Assembly: GCF_009914755.1 (NCBI RefSeq)
Contig: NC_060940.1
DNA length: 64,000 nt
Reading direction: 5' to 3' (one strand)
Origin: the human T2T-CHM13v2.0 reference genome, Homo sapiens
Within the stretch, counting starts at the first letter, position 1. Every line of letters begins with the position of its first letter. The position numbers were made by a program, and so were the translations under genes. Shown piece after piece: positions 24,700-47,418 of this stretch. The notes beneath the pieces were generated by a model that was not told where the DNA came from, made no database searches, and saw nothing but the letters and a program-made list of their open reading frames with translations.

Positions 24700-24850
24700 A
24701 CAGCATTCCAGAGCTAGGGAATAGCACTCCAGATTGAGGAACAGCATTCCAGGTGAGAGAACAGAATTCCAGAGCAAGGAACAGCACTCCAGGTGAGGGA
24801 ACAGCACTCCAGAGTGAGGAACAGCATTCCAGAGTGAGGGAACAGCATTT
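24700..24850. repeat. 20-21-bp minisatellite (ACAGCAYTCCAGRKTGAGGA-like), 7 units plus a partial, inside an antisense L2
   Basis: Units at 24700, 24721, 24741, 24761, 24781, 24801, 24821; flanked by L2-like GGAGGAAGTGATGCT...GAACAGCATTTGCAAAGGC. Confidence 0.9.
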
Positions 24851-25233
24851 GCAAAGGCATAGCAGGAGGAAGGCATGCAGAAGCTCGGAGGCATTGAACG
24901 GGGACAGCGAGGGCACCTGTGGTGTGAGGTGGGGTGGCATGGGTGGGCCGTGGCCATGCTATGCCTCCTTGATCTACCTCCTGATCAGAAAAGAGATCAC
25001 GGGAGGCAAGAGACACCTAGGGAGGAGGCTACGTAAGAGCCTGCCTTAGAGATGATGGGGGCTTTGCAGAAGGCAAGCAGTATTTGAGGACTGAGTTTTT
25101 GCAAAGTGGAGCCAGCCTCCTTGGCGGTCCCTGGAGGTCCCCTGGCCGGAGGGAGCTTGGAGAAGTGGGTAGTGGGGTCTCCTTTCTGCCTCAGGAGAAA
25201 GTTCAGGCAGCCCTCACCCCACCCTCCCCACAG

Positions 25234-25397
25234 GCCTGAAGTTGATCCTGGACATAGGCCAGGAAGACTACGTCCCCTTCCTTGCGTCCACGGCCGGGGT
25301 CAGGCTGATGCTTCACGAGCAGAGGTCATACCCCTTCATCAGAGATGAGGGCATCTACGCCATGTCGGGGACAGAGACGTCCATCGGGGTACTCGTG
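25234..25397 (+). CDS. SCNN1B: ENaC beta subunit, exon 6
   Basis: ccacag|GC CTG AAG TTG ... GTA CTC GTG|gtatgg; 164 nt; [12 protein letters not shown]...[10 protein letters not shown]. Confidence 0.99.
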
Positions 25398-25703
25398 GTA
25401 TGGCCGGAGCCCAAGGGCAGTCCTAGAGGGTCTGAGGGTGGGAGCCCACCTGTCCAGGGCCAACTGCCCTTGGCCTGGGAGGAGGGGATCTGGGCCCCCC
25501 AGCCCTGGCCTTCCTTCCTTTTGGCTGGAATCCCCCCAGGGTGGCCCAAGCTTTAGGGGAAGGTGAGCCCTCTGGCGCCCTCTCTGGCGCCCCCCCGGCA
25601 CCTGCAGGGGTCCACAGCCCTCTGTCCCCAAATGCTTGATAGAAGGGAGGTGCAGAAAGGGCTTCCTGGGGTGACCAGTGTCCCCCTCAAGCAACCCCTC
25701 TAA

Positions 25704-25931
<228 letters not shown>

Positions 25932-26431
25932 TAGGTTGCCACGGGGCACCCCGGGCCTGTGGGACCAGTCACTTTCCTGGGCTCTCTCACCAGGGCCTAG
26001 GGTTGGCCACTTCTCATCCCCACATTGGCAGGTGTACCCCTGGGGAAGCCCAGGGGATTATGGGGATCTTACTCTGGGGTTTCCCAAGATGAAAACAAAA
26101 AATAGCAGCTAACACCATCAAGCTTCCATTGTGTGTGAAATGCTGTGCAAAGGGCTGGAACACATTCCATCGTCATTTAATCTTTCAACTGCCTCCTGCC
26201 ATGAATCTACAATATAGTAATGACAGCAGCATTTATTGATAAACTAATAATAGCAGGGTTACCATGTGTTAGGCAGTCACTGTTGTAAGTAATTTACATG
26301 TATATTACATCATTTAACTTTCACAACAACCCTAAGATGTAGATACTATTATCATTCCCATTCTGGGAATGAGGAAATTGGGATTGACAGACCCCAGTTC
26401 AAATGCATCATCAATTTACCTGAGAAGTCCC

Positions 26432-27438
<1,007 letters not shown>

Positions 27439-28053
27439 TAACCCAGACCTGCCACTAGTCCTGGCCCCCTTGGAGAGGGCAGACTGAATCCTTGCAAAGG
27501 TGACAAAAATGACCACTCGCTGATACTTCCTCTCCAGCCCAGTCTGCCTTGCCATATCAGTGCACTGAGTCATAACAAGAGGGCAGCCCAGTGCCTGCCT
27601 CAGTGTCTGGGTGCCCGAGCATGGCATGGTTTGCCCTTTCCCCGTAGGAAATGACCCTCCTGGTGCCCACCTGCCCACCCATTGCCTGGCTGGTTTGGCC
27701 ACCTCGCGTCTGGAGGGACTTCTGCCCATTATGGAGAACTCTAGCCGTCATCTGAGCCTCTGGAGGGACAGACAGACAGACAGGACAGTACAGGGAGGTG
27801 GGAAACACGGAGAAGAAGGTACCAGCCCCAGAAACCTCATTCCAGGAAAACTGCATCTCTCGTTTCTTCCGGTGTGGTAGCCACCCAGGCCAGAAAACAG
27901 CCAAGAGCCAGGCCCTGATCGGGAGCTCTGCCCATCCCCATGGACACCCCAACCAGGAGCAGGCTTGAGCCCACCCCAGCCTCCATCACAGGGCCTGGAA
28001 GGACTCCCACTTTCCAGATGAGACAGAGAGGTCTACAAGAATATAAGACGCCT

Positions 28054-28541
<488 letters not shown>

Positions 28542-29680
28542 GAATGTAAAACACTTGCCCGAAACCGAGCTCTGGCTCCTCCTGGCCATGCCGTTTAATC
28601 TGCCTTCCAGCCCTGATTTCCTGCCCTCAGAGAGCCACAGACTCGTTAGGGGTAATAGAAAGGCAGGACATAGGGACCTGAGACGGAGCCCGGGCTGCAG
28701 GAGGAACAGAAGAGGACTCAGGAGCGCAGGTGTGGAGGGGCGGGGCCGAGTGGAGAGAGGTAGGGAGGAGCTGGCCAGGGCTGTGTCCAGGAGCCCGGGG
28801 TAGTCAGGACCTAGGAAACTGGATAGGCAATGAAACACCAAGAACCACTGCCTCCATCCGTGCAGCGCTTCCTGAGCACCTGATGTGGCCCTGAATCCTC
28901 CCTCCCAACCTCAGGAGACAGGTGTCCTCAGCACCCTGTTTCACCTATGAGTAAACCAAGCCCCAGAGGGTCATGACTCGCCCTAGGACACATAGCTGGT
29001 CTCTGAGTGGACTGAAACCAGGTCAGAATGACCTGAAAGCCCAGTATGTTGGGGCCGAGTGAGTGGAGACTCATCACGTCCAGCCTCCTGGAGGCTGCCT
29101 GGGAGCCCTCCTCTTCCTCGCCCCACCAGGAGACATTCTGCAGACCAGTGGGCCACTCACTTCCTCTGTCATCAGCTGTGCATTAAGACGCCCAGAGATC
29201 ATCCTTCTCCTGGCTTTCCCTGGGCAATTCCCTCTGGGAGGAAGGAGCACAGAGCCAGCCTGCCTAGCTTCCTCGGTGGCCTGTCAGGGTGCATCTGTGT
29301 CAGGTGCTTGGACGGAGGCTGGCATCCTCATAATGAGAGCTCTCTGAGCATTGGCTTTATTATTAGGGGCAAGCCGCTCTTCCCCATGTTGAAGGGTGAG
29401 GACCCCAGCTCTGAATGGTGGGACCTGGGATACTGCGGTCTGGCCTGGGTCCCTCTGTGGGGTCCAGAGACCTGCTGGGAAGCCCAAAAGCGTCCAGGAC
29501 TGTGGGGTCTGTAGCTGCAGCCAGTCATCTCACCACAGCTTCTCAGCCCTGGAGCACCTCCACCAGCTCACCTACCTCCCTTAACTTGGGCATCACTTCT
29601 CTGGACACCCCTGGTGCTGGAATGGGGACATCACTGACCATGCCTGTGTTCTCTCCTTATGAACCCCCTACCCTCCCCAG

Positions 29681-29798
29681 GCCTGTCTTCGCTCCTGCTT
29701 CCAAGACCACATGATCCGTAACTGCAACTGTGGCCACTACCTGTACCCACTGCCCCGTGGGGAGAAATACTGCAACAACCGGGACTTCCCAGACTGGG
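29681..29798 (+). CDS. SCNN1B: ENaC beta subunit, exon 8 (cysteine-rich thumb region)
   Basis: ccccag|GCC TGT CTT ... GAC TGG G|gtgagc; 118 nt; [20 protein letters not shown]...DFPDW. Confidence 0.99.
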
Positions 29799-30284
29799 GT
29801 GAGCGGGGGCACGGGGGATCGGCACTCCAGCCATCTGGGGCCACAGAGGCTCTGACCATAGAGGAGGAGGCAGAGCTCAGTGCCCTCAGCAGAGTCCAGA
29901 GATGTGCCCAGGGTGGCTCCTCCACAGTCTGAGGTCCCTCCTATGATCCCCTCCCAGGCCTCCTTTCTGCAGGAGCCCAGCCTTCTCTCTGCTCCTCAAT
30001 TTCATGAAGCATGGGCTTGAAACACATAGGCATAGAATGCACGTGTCCTTGTGGGCCTGTGTCTGTGTGCCACACAAATGCTCACACATGTGCAACCCTG
30101 GGCATGTGGCTGCTGGCGAGTGTGTGCCTGCACTCATGTTTCCAAGTGCACAAGTGTAAAGGCATTTCCATGCTTGCGTCCAAATGCACAGGAGCTGTTC
30201 GTGACTGCAGTGGGTTGCTGTATGTAGTTTATGCACAGGCACAAATCACTTCCAGGGTCTGCATTTGTGCACTCTGGCTTTTGT

Positions 30285-30288
<4 letters not shown>

Positions 30289-30316
<28 letters not shown>
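30289..30316. repeat. (GT)14 microsatellite in SCNN1B intron 8
   Basis: 14 perfect GT units counted, within a degenerate TGTGCA-rich region (~30035-30380). Confidence 0.97.
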
Positions 30317-30318
<2 letters not shown>

Positions 30319-31001
30319 ACGTGCATGTATGTATAAGGCCACGTGTCCATCTTCAGCATGTGTGTTCATGTCTATGTGGGCTCATTGGGTCTCTCTGCAA
30401 GGCGCTGGGTGGAAGGGGAGTGTGAGGAAGCCATTAGCATGATGGTAGCCTCCAAGGACTCGAAACCTGGAGTCACAGCAGGAAGAAGAGCCCTGCTGGG
30501 CTCACAACCAATTGGAGCTGGGGCCTGGGAGCCCTGGCGGTCTGGAGTCCAACCACCGAAGAATTTTGTCAGCAGGGTGCAGTGGCTCGTGCCTGTAATC
30601 CCAACACTTTGGGAGGCCGCGGTGAGCAGATCACTTGATGCCAGGAGTTCGAGACCAGCCTGGCCAACATGGCAAAACCCCGTCTATAAAAAAAAAAAAA
30701 AAAGAAAGAAAGAAAAAAAAAAGTAAAAGAGAGAGAGAATAAAAAGAATGCTGTCAGCCGGAGACTCACCACTTACAACCAACACAAACTAAATGGGAAA
30801 ACGTTATTCCTTCCAGTCACCCACCCTTTGTTCATGACCCCATAACCCTGTCCACCAGGCAGGGATGGGGATGGCCAGCAAAGGGAAAGCTGCTGGGACC
30901 CCCCTGAGCTGGGCCCCAGGCCAGGCTGGGGTGAAATGGCTGGAGGTCGGGGGCTGGGTGGGGAGCGGTGATTTTTCATGACACCTCCTCCTGCCACCTA
31001 A

Positions 31002-31184
<183 letters not shown>

Positions 31185-31271
31185 TGAGTGCGGGTGGGCG
31201 GGCACAGCAGCGGGCAGGCATGGAGGGGCATCACTGGCAGGGACCACAACAGGCCTGGCCTTCTCTTTCAG

Positions 31272-31329
31272 TGACACCCAGTACAAGATGACCATCTCCA
31301 TGGCTGACTGGCCTTCTGAGGCCTCCGAG
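31272..31329 (+). CDS. SCNN1B: ENaC beta subunit, exon 10
   Basis: tttcag|T GAC ACC CAG ... GCC TCC GAG|gtgaga; 58 nt; DTQYKMTISMADWPSEASE; preceded by an 88-nt intron. Confidence 0.98.
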
Positions 31330-31426
31330 GTGAGACAGTTGGGGGCCAAGCTCCTGGCTCCCACCTTTGGCTGGGGACAAGTCTGGGCATAAGATGTGGG
31401 CTATTTGGAAATTTGAAGGGGGTGCC

Positions 31427-31870
31427 TTTTTCCCTCCCTCCTTCCTTCCTTCTCTGTTTCCCTCCTTCCTTCCTTCTTTCTCTGCTTTATTCCTTCCTTC
31501 CTTCCTCCTCTCTTTTCCCTTCCTCCCTCCCTTCTCCCTTCCTTCCTCCCTCCCTTCTCCCTTCCTTCCTCCCTCCCTTCTCCCTTCCTTCCTTCCTTCT
31601 TTCTTCCTTCCTTCATTCCTTCTCCCTTCCTTCCTCCCTCCCTTCTCCCTTCCTTCCTTCCTTCTTTCTTCCTTCCTTCATTCCTTCTCCCTTCCTTCCT
31701 CCCTCCCTTCTTCTTTCCTTCCTTCCTTTCTCCCTCCCTTCTCATTTCCTTCCTTCTTTCCTTTCCTCCTTCCCCCTCCCTCCCCACTTCTGTTTCCTTC
31801 TTTCTTTCCTTCCTTCCTCCTTTCTTCCTCCCTCCCTTCCTTCTTTCCTTCCTTCCTTCTTTCCTTCCAC
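31427..31870. repeat. ~440-bp (CCTT/CCCT) polypyrimidine tract in intron 10
   Basis: Nearly purine-free, with recurring CCTTCCTCCCTCCCTTCTCC. Confidence 0.97.
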
Positions 31871-32581
31871 CAATATTCTCCCAGGCACTGTGCTGTGTAC
31901 ACAGCACAGAATTAGACAGACATAATCCTTTTAATAGGAGAGGGCCAAGATCACAAGCAGAAATAAAATCGTTTCAAAGTGTGATTATGGCTGTGAAATA
32001 AATAAACAGGTTATGGGAGAGAGTAACTGCGGGAAACTACTTTATTTTTGTATTTTTACTTTATTTTTTATTTTTGGAGACAGGGGCTTCCTCTGTCGCC
32101 CAGGCTGGAGTGCAGTGGTACGATCACAGCTCACTGAAGCCTCGAACTCCTGGGCTTAAGTGATGCTCCTGCCTCAGCTGTGATCCTCAGCTGGGACCAC
32201 AGGCACATGCCACCAGGCCTGGCTAATTGTTAAACTTTTTGTAGAGATGGAGTCTCGCTATGTTGCCCAGGCTGGTCTTGAACTCCTGGCCTTAAGCGAT
32301 CCTCCCACCTCAGCCTCCCAAAATGCTGGGATTACAGGCATGAGCCACCATGCCCAGCTTCTGGGAAAGCATGTTAGACCGAGTGGTCAGGGAAGGCCTC
32401 TCTGAAAAGGTGACATTGGAGCTGACACCTGGAGGCAGAGGCTGAGCCATCATGGGCAGAGCTGGGGAGGATTCCGGGCAGAGGGAGCAGGAAGTGTGAG
32501 GACCAGAGGTGGGAGAGAGCCGGGCAGGGTGGCCAGGCCCGCCGAGGAAGAGTCTGGAGGCCCGAGTCCTTCCTCCCCTAG

Positions 32582-32818
<237 letters not shown>

Positions 32819-33044
32819 TGAGCCTGAGCCTGGGCGGGGCTGGGGAAGACAGGGAAGGGGTCCAGAAACTCGGGGCAGGAGTTTGGACACAGGACAGCTC
32901 CTCAGACACATTCTCACATGGGTCAGACCGAGGAGCAAGTCTTGAGGAGGAGGCACTAGGAGTGAGAGAGAGGAAAGGCAGCCAAGGGGACTCTGAGTCT
33001 ACCACCTGCTAAGGAGAAGCCTGTGCTTCCCTCTGTCACTGTGC

Positions 33045-33295
33045 ATCCAACCAGCCATCCATTCATCCTCCATCATCCACCCACGCGCCCAGCCATCCTC
33101 CACTCATTCATCCTCCATTCTCCCACCCAGCCATCCTCCACCCATTCATCCCTCCATCATCCACCCACACACCCAGCCATCCTCCACTCATTCATCCTCC
33201 ATTCTCCCACCCACGCAGCCAGCCATCCTCCACCCATTCATCCCTCCATCATCCACCTCTCCATTCTCCCACCCACGCACCCAGCCATCCTCCGT
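33045..33295. repeat. CCAT-derived minisatellite with 84-bp higher-order period in intron 11
   Basis: CCCAGCCATCCTCCACTCATTCATCCTCCATTCTCCCACCCA recurs at 33088 and 33172. Confidence 0.9.
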
Positions 33296-33805
33296 TTATT
33301 CATGGATCTCTCCATCCATTCAACACAAACACTAGTTGAGCACAAGAAAGACACACAGTCCAAGCTAGCAGGAGTCTAGGGGGCAAACATATGTAAAAAG
33401 GGCTCAAGGAGAGGAGGGTCTGTACAAGCCCCCTACTCTAGGAGTACAGCAGGGAAGGAGCCTCAGTCTGCCTGAGAGATAAGGGAGGTCTGCGTAGGGA
33501 GGTGGCTTTGAGTGAACTCTCCAAGGAGGAGTAAGTGCTGTTCAGATAAGAAGAGGTACCAATGTCCAGGCAGAAGACAAAGCTGGAAAGCCTGGAGGCA
33601 CGAGACAGCACAGCCTGAGGACGATCAGGTGGGAGGGGATGCCCACACAGCCACCCTTCTCTGTCCCAGGTGCAGTGAAGGCGCTCAAGGCTCAGTGAAG
33701 AGCTCTGTGCGGAGTCACTCCGTATAGCCCAGGCCACCCTGATGGCACAAAGTGGGGAGCTCAGAGCAGATCTTTGGGGCTGTCCCAGGCCAGAGTGTCC
33801 TGTAG

Positions 33806-34261
<456 letters not shown>

Positions 34262-34410
34262 TGACCCCTGCACCCTGAGGGTGGGGGAAGGGTTCTGAGC
34301 CCTATGAAGGAATTAGGAAGATCCCTAAGACAGTCCCAAGTTATTCCCCTGGGCCAAGATGGTCACCCCCTCCCGTTCCCACCCAAGAATCACCTCCCAG
34401 GAAGCTGTGA

Positions 34411-34851
<441 letters not shown>

Positions 34852-35058
34852 CCCTGCCCCTGCCCACCCCGGGCGGCTGAAACTCACTGAGCAGCCAAGA
34901 CTGTTGCCCGAGGCCTCACTGTATGGTGCCCTCTCCAAAGGGTCGGGAGGGTAGCTCTCCAGGCCAGAGCTTGTGTCCTTCAACAGAGAGGCCAGCGGCA
35001 ACTGGTCCGTTACTGGCCAAGGGCTCTGTAGAATCACGGTGCTGGTACAGGATGCAGG

Positions 35059-35064
35059 AATAAA
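35059..35064 (+). terminator. Proximal AATAAA in the SCNN1B 3' UTR (candidate alternative poly(A) signal)
   Basis: Perfect hexamer with TGTA at 35027-35030 upstream; downstream element only moderately U-rich. Confidence 0.5.
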
Positions 35065-35323
35065 TTGTATCTTCACCTGGTTCCTACCCTCGTCCCTACC
35101 TGTCCTGATCCTGGTCCTGAAGACCCCTCGGAACACCCTCTCCTGGTGGCAGGCCACTTCCCTCCCAGTGCCAGTCTCCATCCACCCCAGAGAGGAACAG
35201 GCGGGTGGGCCATGTGGTTTTCTCCTTCCTGGCCTTGGCTGGCCTCTGGGGCAGGGGTGGTGGAGAGATGGAAGGGCATCAGGTGTAGGGACCCTGCCAA
35301 GTGGCACCTGATTTACTCTAGAA

Positions 35324-35366
35324 AATAAAAGTAGAAAATACTGAGTCCAGCTGTGTTGTTTGTTTG
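35324..35366 (+). terminator. Distal SCNN1B poly(A) signal with GU-rich downstream element
   Basis: AATAAA 35324-35329, then TGTGTTGTTTGTTTG at 35352-35366; TGTA at 35284-35287. Confidence 0.9.
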
Positions 35367-35649
35367 ACTGGGCAGCCGAGGTGCCCTGATGGCGGAAGGG
35401 CATCCATAGTGGCTTGAGACCCAAACTGGTTTAAGGGAAAGGCTCTCAAGCCCCTCCTTCCACTGCCAGCTCCCAGGCTGACACTCACTGATCCCTGCCT
35501 GGGTTGTGTACCCATCTCTGACCCAGTCAGTGTGGCCAGTTAGATAAGCTGCTCTGACTGGTCACACCTGAATTCATCTGCCCAGACCTGAAGCCAGTTT
35601 GGCCCCCAGGAGAATCACATGGTCCAAGGGCGGTGGGGGCACAGTACCC

Positions 35650-36325
<676 letters not shown>

Positions 36326-37004
36326 GTCCCCCAAAAGCTTAAGGTACCCAAAGAGAGATCAGGGAGCTGTCACCAGAGTACGGTCTGGCAGGTGCACACA
36401 CAGCACTGCAGCACCCTGCTGTCACCTACCGGGCCCCTGGTGATGAAGGAGAGGCTGGCTTAGAGCCTGAGCCTCTGAGGGCCCAGCCTTCCTGGCCTAG
36501 GTCACCTGTGTCCCTTGGTCTGGAAGGTAAACAAGCTGGCCTCCCATCAAGTGCTCAGGATGGCACCTGTGGAAGAAGGAGGTGCCACAGAGTCGGTGCC
36601 ACTTCAGTCAAAGGCAACGTTGCTAGGGGCTGAGTAGGGAGGGCTGAGTAGGAAACCGGGTTTCCCAGCTTGGGGCCTGGCTAGCTCGCAGGCTGGGCCC
36701 ACAACTCTTGGTGGTTACCACCCTTACTACTTACTGTGTGATTACCGCTGTGATTACTTACTACTGTGATTACCGCTTTTATTACTAGCAGTAGTAGTTG
36801 TGGCCACAATCACTGTTACCATTTGTTGTTATTAAACAAGGACTACATTGGATCAAGTACTTATCATATGCCAGGCACTATGCCAGTAACTTTTTAAATT
36901 TTATTTCATTCTCATAACCACTGAGAAATAGTATAATAGCATCCCATTGCACAGGTAAGAACACTGAGGCTTAAGAGGTGAAGTAAGGTACTCGAGGTTT
37001 TTAA

Positions 37005-42549
<5,545 letters not shown>

Positions 42550-42561
42550 TCACAGTAGTTA

Positions 42562-42567
42562 TTTATT
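42562..42567 (-). terminator. COG7 poly(A) signal
   Basis: TTTATT on + (AATAAA on -), ~400 nt after the stop, followed on - by a U-rich tract (42512-42537). Confidence 0.85.
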
Positions 42568-42674
42568 CCATTTTCAAGATCTGATCCTTTAAAAAAATTA
42601 TCTAAAAAGTCTTCTCTGATAAATAATACATCTTTAATTTACAACTCTTTTTGATTATACAAATGAACCAAGTC

Positions 42675-42849
42675 TTTTTTTTTTTTTTTTTTGAGACAGA
42701 GTCTCGCTCTGCTGTTAATTTTTGTATTTTTAGTAGAGATGGGGTTTCACCATGTTGGTCAGGCTGGTCTCGAACTCCTGGCTTCATGATCCATCTGGCT
42801 TGGCCTCCCAAAGTGCTGGGATTACAGGCGTGAGCCACCGTGACCAGCT
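42675..42849 (-). mobile_element. Internally deleted Alu in the COG7 3' UTR (sense in the mRNA)
   Basis: T18, then GAGACAGAGTCTCGCTCTG jumps straight to the linker TAATTTTTGTATTTTTAGTAG; TSD TGAACCAAGTCT at 42664 and 42849. Confidence 0.92.
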
Positions 42850-42969
42850 GAACCAAGTCTTTTTAAAGTAACTTCTGCCCAATCTTGGGCAGAGTTTCTG
42901 AGCAAATCTGTGCTGGTGAGTCGCGAAACAGCAGCCCTGGCTCTCTTGGTGGTCCGGTGTGTGGTGGGG

Positions 42970-43248
<279 letters not shown>

Positions 43249-43392
43249 CTAGATGTGGGGCGCCAACCCTGCCCTCAATAGGCCCTTTACTCACCAGGTT
43301 CTTCCCACAGTGTCAGACCAGACTGTGAGCTTGGCTCGAGTCTAGGAACTCTAATTTAATAAAGAACTAACCAACATCACTCCCATCCCCAA

Positions 43393-43535
43393 CCACACAC
43401 ATACACACTCACATGCACACACACGCACACACACTCTCACATCCAAACTCACACAAACTCGCACACACACTCACATGTACACACACTCACATGCACACAC
43501 TCTCACATCCACACTCACACTCACATGCACACACC
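43393..43535. repeat. Degenerate (CA)n tract in COG7 last intron
   Basis: CACACACTCACATGCACAC-type repeats. Confidence 0.92.
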
Positions 43536-44240
43536 CGCCTTCAGCACCAGTCTGAAGGACCAGCTGACCTCACCCAAAGCTCTGTTCTGGGGACTCCTGG
43601 GTTCCAAGCCCTGGCCCCCAGGGTATCCACTGACCACTTGGAAAACCCAGAGGGTCAGGAGACACACAAGCTTGTCTGAGCAGTTACTAAAGACCTCCAG
43701 TCAGAACGCCGCAGTGAAGACAAGGACAGTGTCTGGGGTGGGACCCTGGTATAACACAGGTTTCCACATTTCCCAGATGACCCCTGAGGCACTGGGGATA
43801 CAATCGGATACAGATTTCTGAGCCTACCCCCAGACTAGGTTGATGAGCATCCCAAGAGAGGATTCTAGGGTTCTGTCATTCTACAAAGCGACCCCGGTGG
43901 TTCTAACCACCAGGCAAGCTTGGGCAAAACAGACAGCATGGGGGAGCAAACCAGGTGCAGCCAGGTGTGACCTCAGAGAAGCCCTTCTACCTCCCTGAGT
44001 CTCTGCTTCCATCTGTCCACAGTTACCACCCATCCGGCAGCATGGATAGGGGATGAAGCGGGAAACGAACATGAGAGCACCTGATGTGTCGCAGGTGATC
44101 AATATATCAATGCTGCCTTTCCCTCCTGCCTGGGCAGTGCAACCCAACCCAAGGGAAGCCTTGCAAAGCCTTCTCCAGCTCCTCCCAGTTCATGCTTGGA
44201 AAGACTAGAAGACAGCACCACCCGATATGCCCCTGGCTAG

Positions 44241-44490
<250 letters not shown>

Positions 44491-44665
44491 TGATCCACCC
44501 ACCTCAGCCTCCCAAAGTGCTGGGATTACAGGCATGAGCCACCGCGCTCAGTGCCCCCCCACCGGCTACTTTCTGATCTTGGGTTCATCTCTTCTCCTTG
44601 ACTAAAGTGGAGCTCCAGGCAAGGCCTCAACTTTCCTTGTGTTTTTTGTTTTGTTTTGTTTTTAA

Positions 44666-44806
<141 letters not shown>

Positions 44807-46295
44807 TAGGCCCCACTCAGGGCAGGGCCAGGAGGAGATGCCTGCTCTGTCACGGCTGACTCAGGAAGAGCTGCTTCCCAGCAAAGGTGCCGCCAGGCAC
44901 GTACTTACTCCTTTACAAGTTTATCCATAAAACCGTGAGCTCCACTTGACTGTCAGCCAAGAGCTGCAAAGAGCGGGCCCACAGTCTACTAGGACATTTT
45001 TGTTTGGCGAGCAGTGTTTTTTGTTCTGTTTGTGCTCATGCTTAATTTGAATGTCTTTCAGGTGTGCATGCTTTGCCACAGACCTCACCACTCTGTCGCC
45101 TTATACCCTGTCAGTTTCATATACTAGCCTTACCTTCCCTGCCCCTAACCGTACATCCTTACAGTGTAAGCTCACTAAGCATGGGAGCTGCCTAAAGCTT
45201 TGTTGTCTCTATCTCCTAGAACTACAGCTGGCACACAGATGCTCGAGCAATGCTGAATGAGTGAAGAAATGAATCTGCAGGGGGAGCTTAACAGGGAGGA
45301 ATAACAAGGACAACTGAAACTGAGGGGCAATCCCTAGATTTCACTCCACTCACTAGTTCCAGTTCTTCCCCCTGCTGCTGCTTGTACTAACAGGGAACAC
45401 CAACACGCATTTGAATTCTCTCATCTCTCTTTCTCTGAAGGGCAGTAGCCAAAAGGCTGCCTGTTCCTCTGGTAAGTGCTGAGAGCTGACTATGAAATGA
45501 GCAGGGGTCAGGAACTCAGGAAAGCTGGATCCCAGGCCTGGCTCCATCACTAACAGCTCTGGGACCCGGAGGAAAGCACCTTGCTTCTAGTTCTTCTTCT
45601 GCAAAACAAGAGCCAGAAGCCGGTTGAGCCTGGCTCAGCCCTGTGGTCACTGAGGACGAAGCTCTGGCTGTGTCCCCAGGGAGCTGATCTTTCAGGCTTC
45701 TACCACCCGCTCTCCTGACCACCCCGAGAGGTGCGTTAGGCTAAAGAGCAGACAAGGTATTGGAATGGCATCAAGAGACTGGGGAGACTCCCTGCCACCT
45801 GCCAGCAGTAGCCCCATGCTCAGAGTACACCTGGGCAGTGAGGCCCTCCAGTGAAGAGGGCAGGCAGGAGCAAAGGGGACACGCCCACTGACTTGGCAGG
45901 CAGGATGCTATCTGGATGGAGACCACAAAGTGACCCTGGCCACATGGCCTTGTTATGGAACTGCCCTGGGCCTCCGTTCCCTATCGGTATGATGGAGAAG
46001 AGAGCACCCACCTCACAGGGGAGTTTGGAATTACATAAGACGATGGGTGCGAGTGCTTGGTCCAGCGCCAGGCATGCCTGGTATGCAGTAAGAGCTCATT
46101 AAACACTGGTTGGGAATTATGGCACAAATGGAGCGGGCCAGGTGGGGCCAGGCTGCAGGACTCGCTGAATCTTATCTCACTGAAGCTCCCCTCAACGGTT
46201 CTCAAGTCCTCTTCGAAAACATAGATGTCTGAGCTTCAGCCCGGTCTTGCTAAGTCAGAATCTCTGGGGCAGGGCCTGGAGAACCTGAATTTTCA

Positions 46296-46757
<462 letters not shown>

Positions 46758-46770
46758 TCATTTGAGGTCA

Positions 46771-46953
<183 letters not shown>

Positions 46954-47160
46954 CTAGGTGACACAGCAAGACTCTGTCTCAATAATAACAATAATACAGA
47001 ATACAAAGTTACATACAAAATACCATCTGCTTACAGAGCAGAGCCAGAAGGCACAAGCGAAAGTGGAAATACCAGTGCGTTCCACAGTGGGATGTGGTTA
47101 TAGATTTTTCAAGTTGTGATATTGTTTTAGATACAGCATGTGTACAAAAAGTACATGTTA

Positions 47161-47418
<258 letters not shown>

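Noticed and set aside
24700-24850. Regularly spaced repeats (here and 62171-62489) considered as CRISPR-like arrays
   Set aside because: Head-to-tail units without unique spacers, in human intronic DNA with no cas genes.
36724-36790. Repeated TGTGATTACCGC/TTACTAC motifs downstream of SCNN1B
   Set aside because: Best explained as slippage in a decayed simple repeat next to an L2/MIR remnant.
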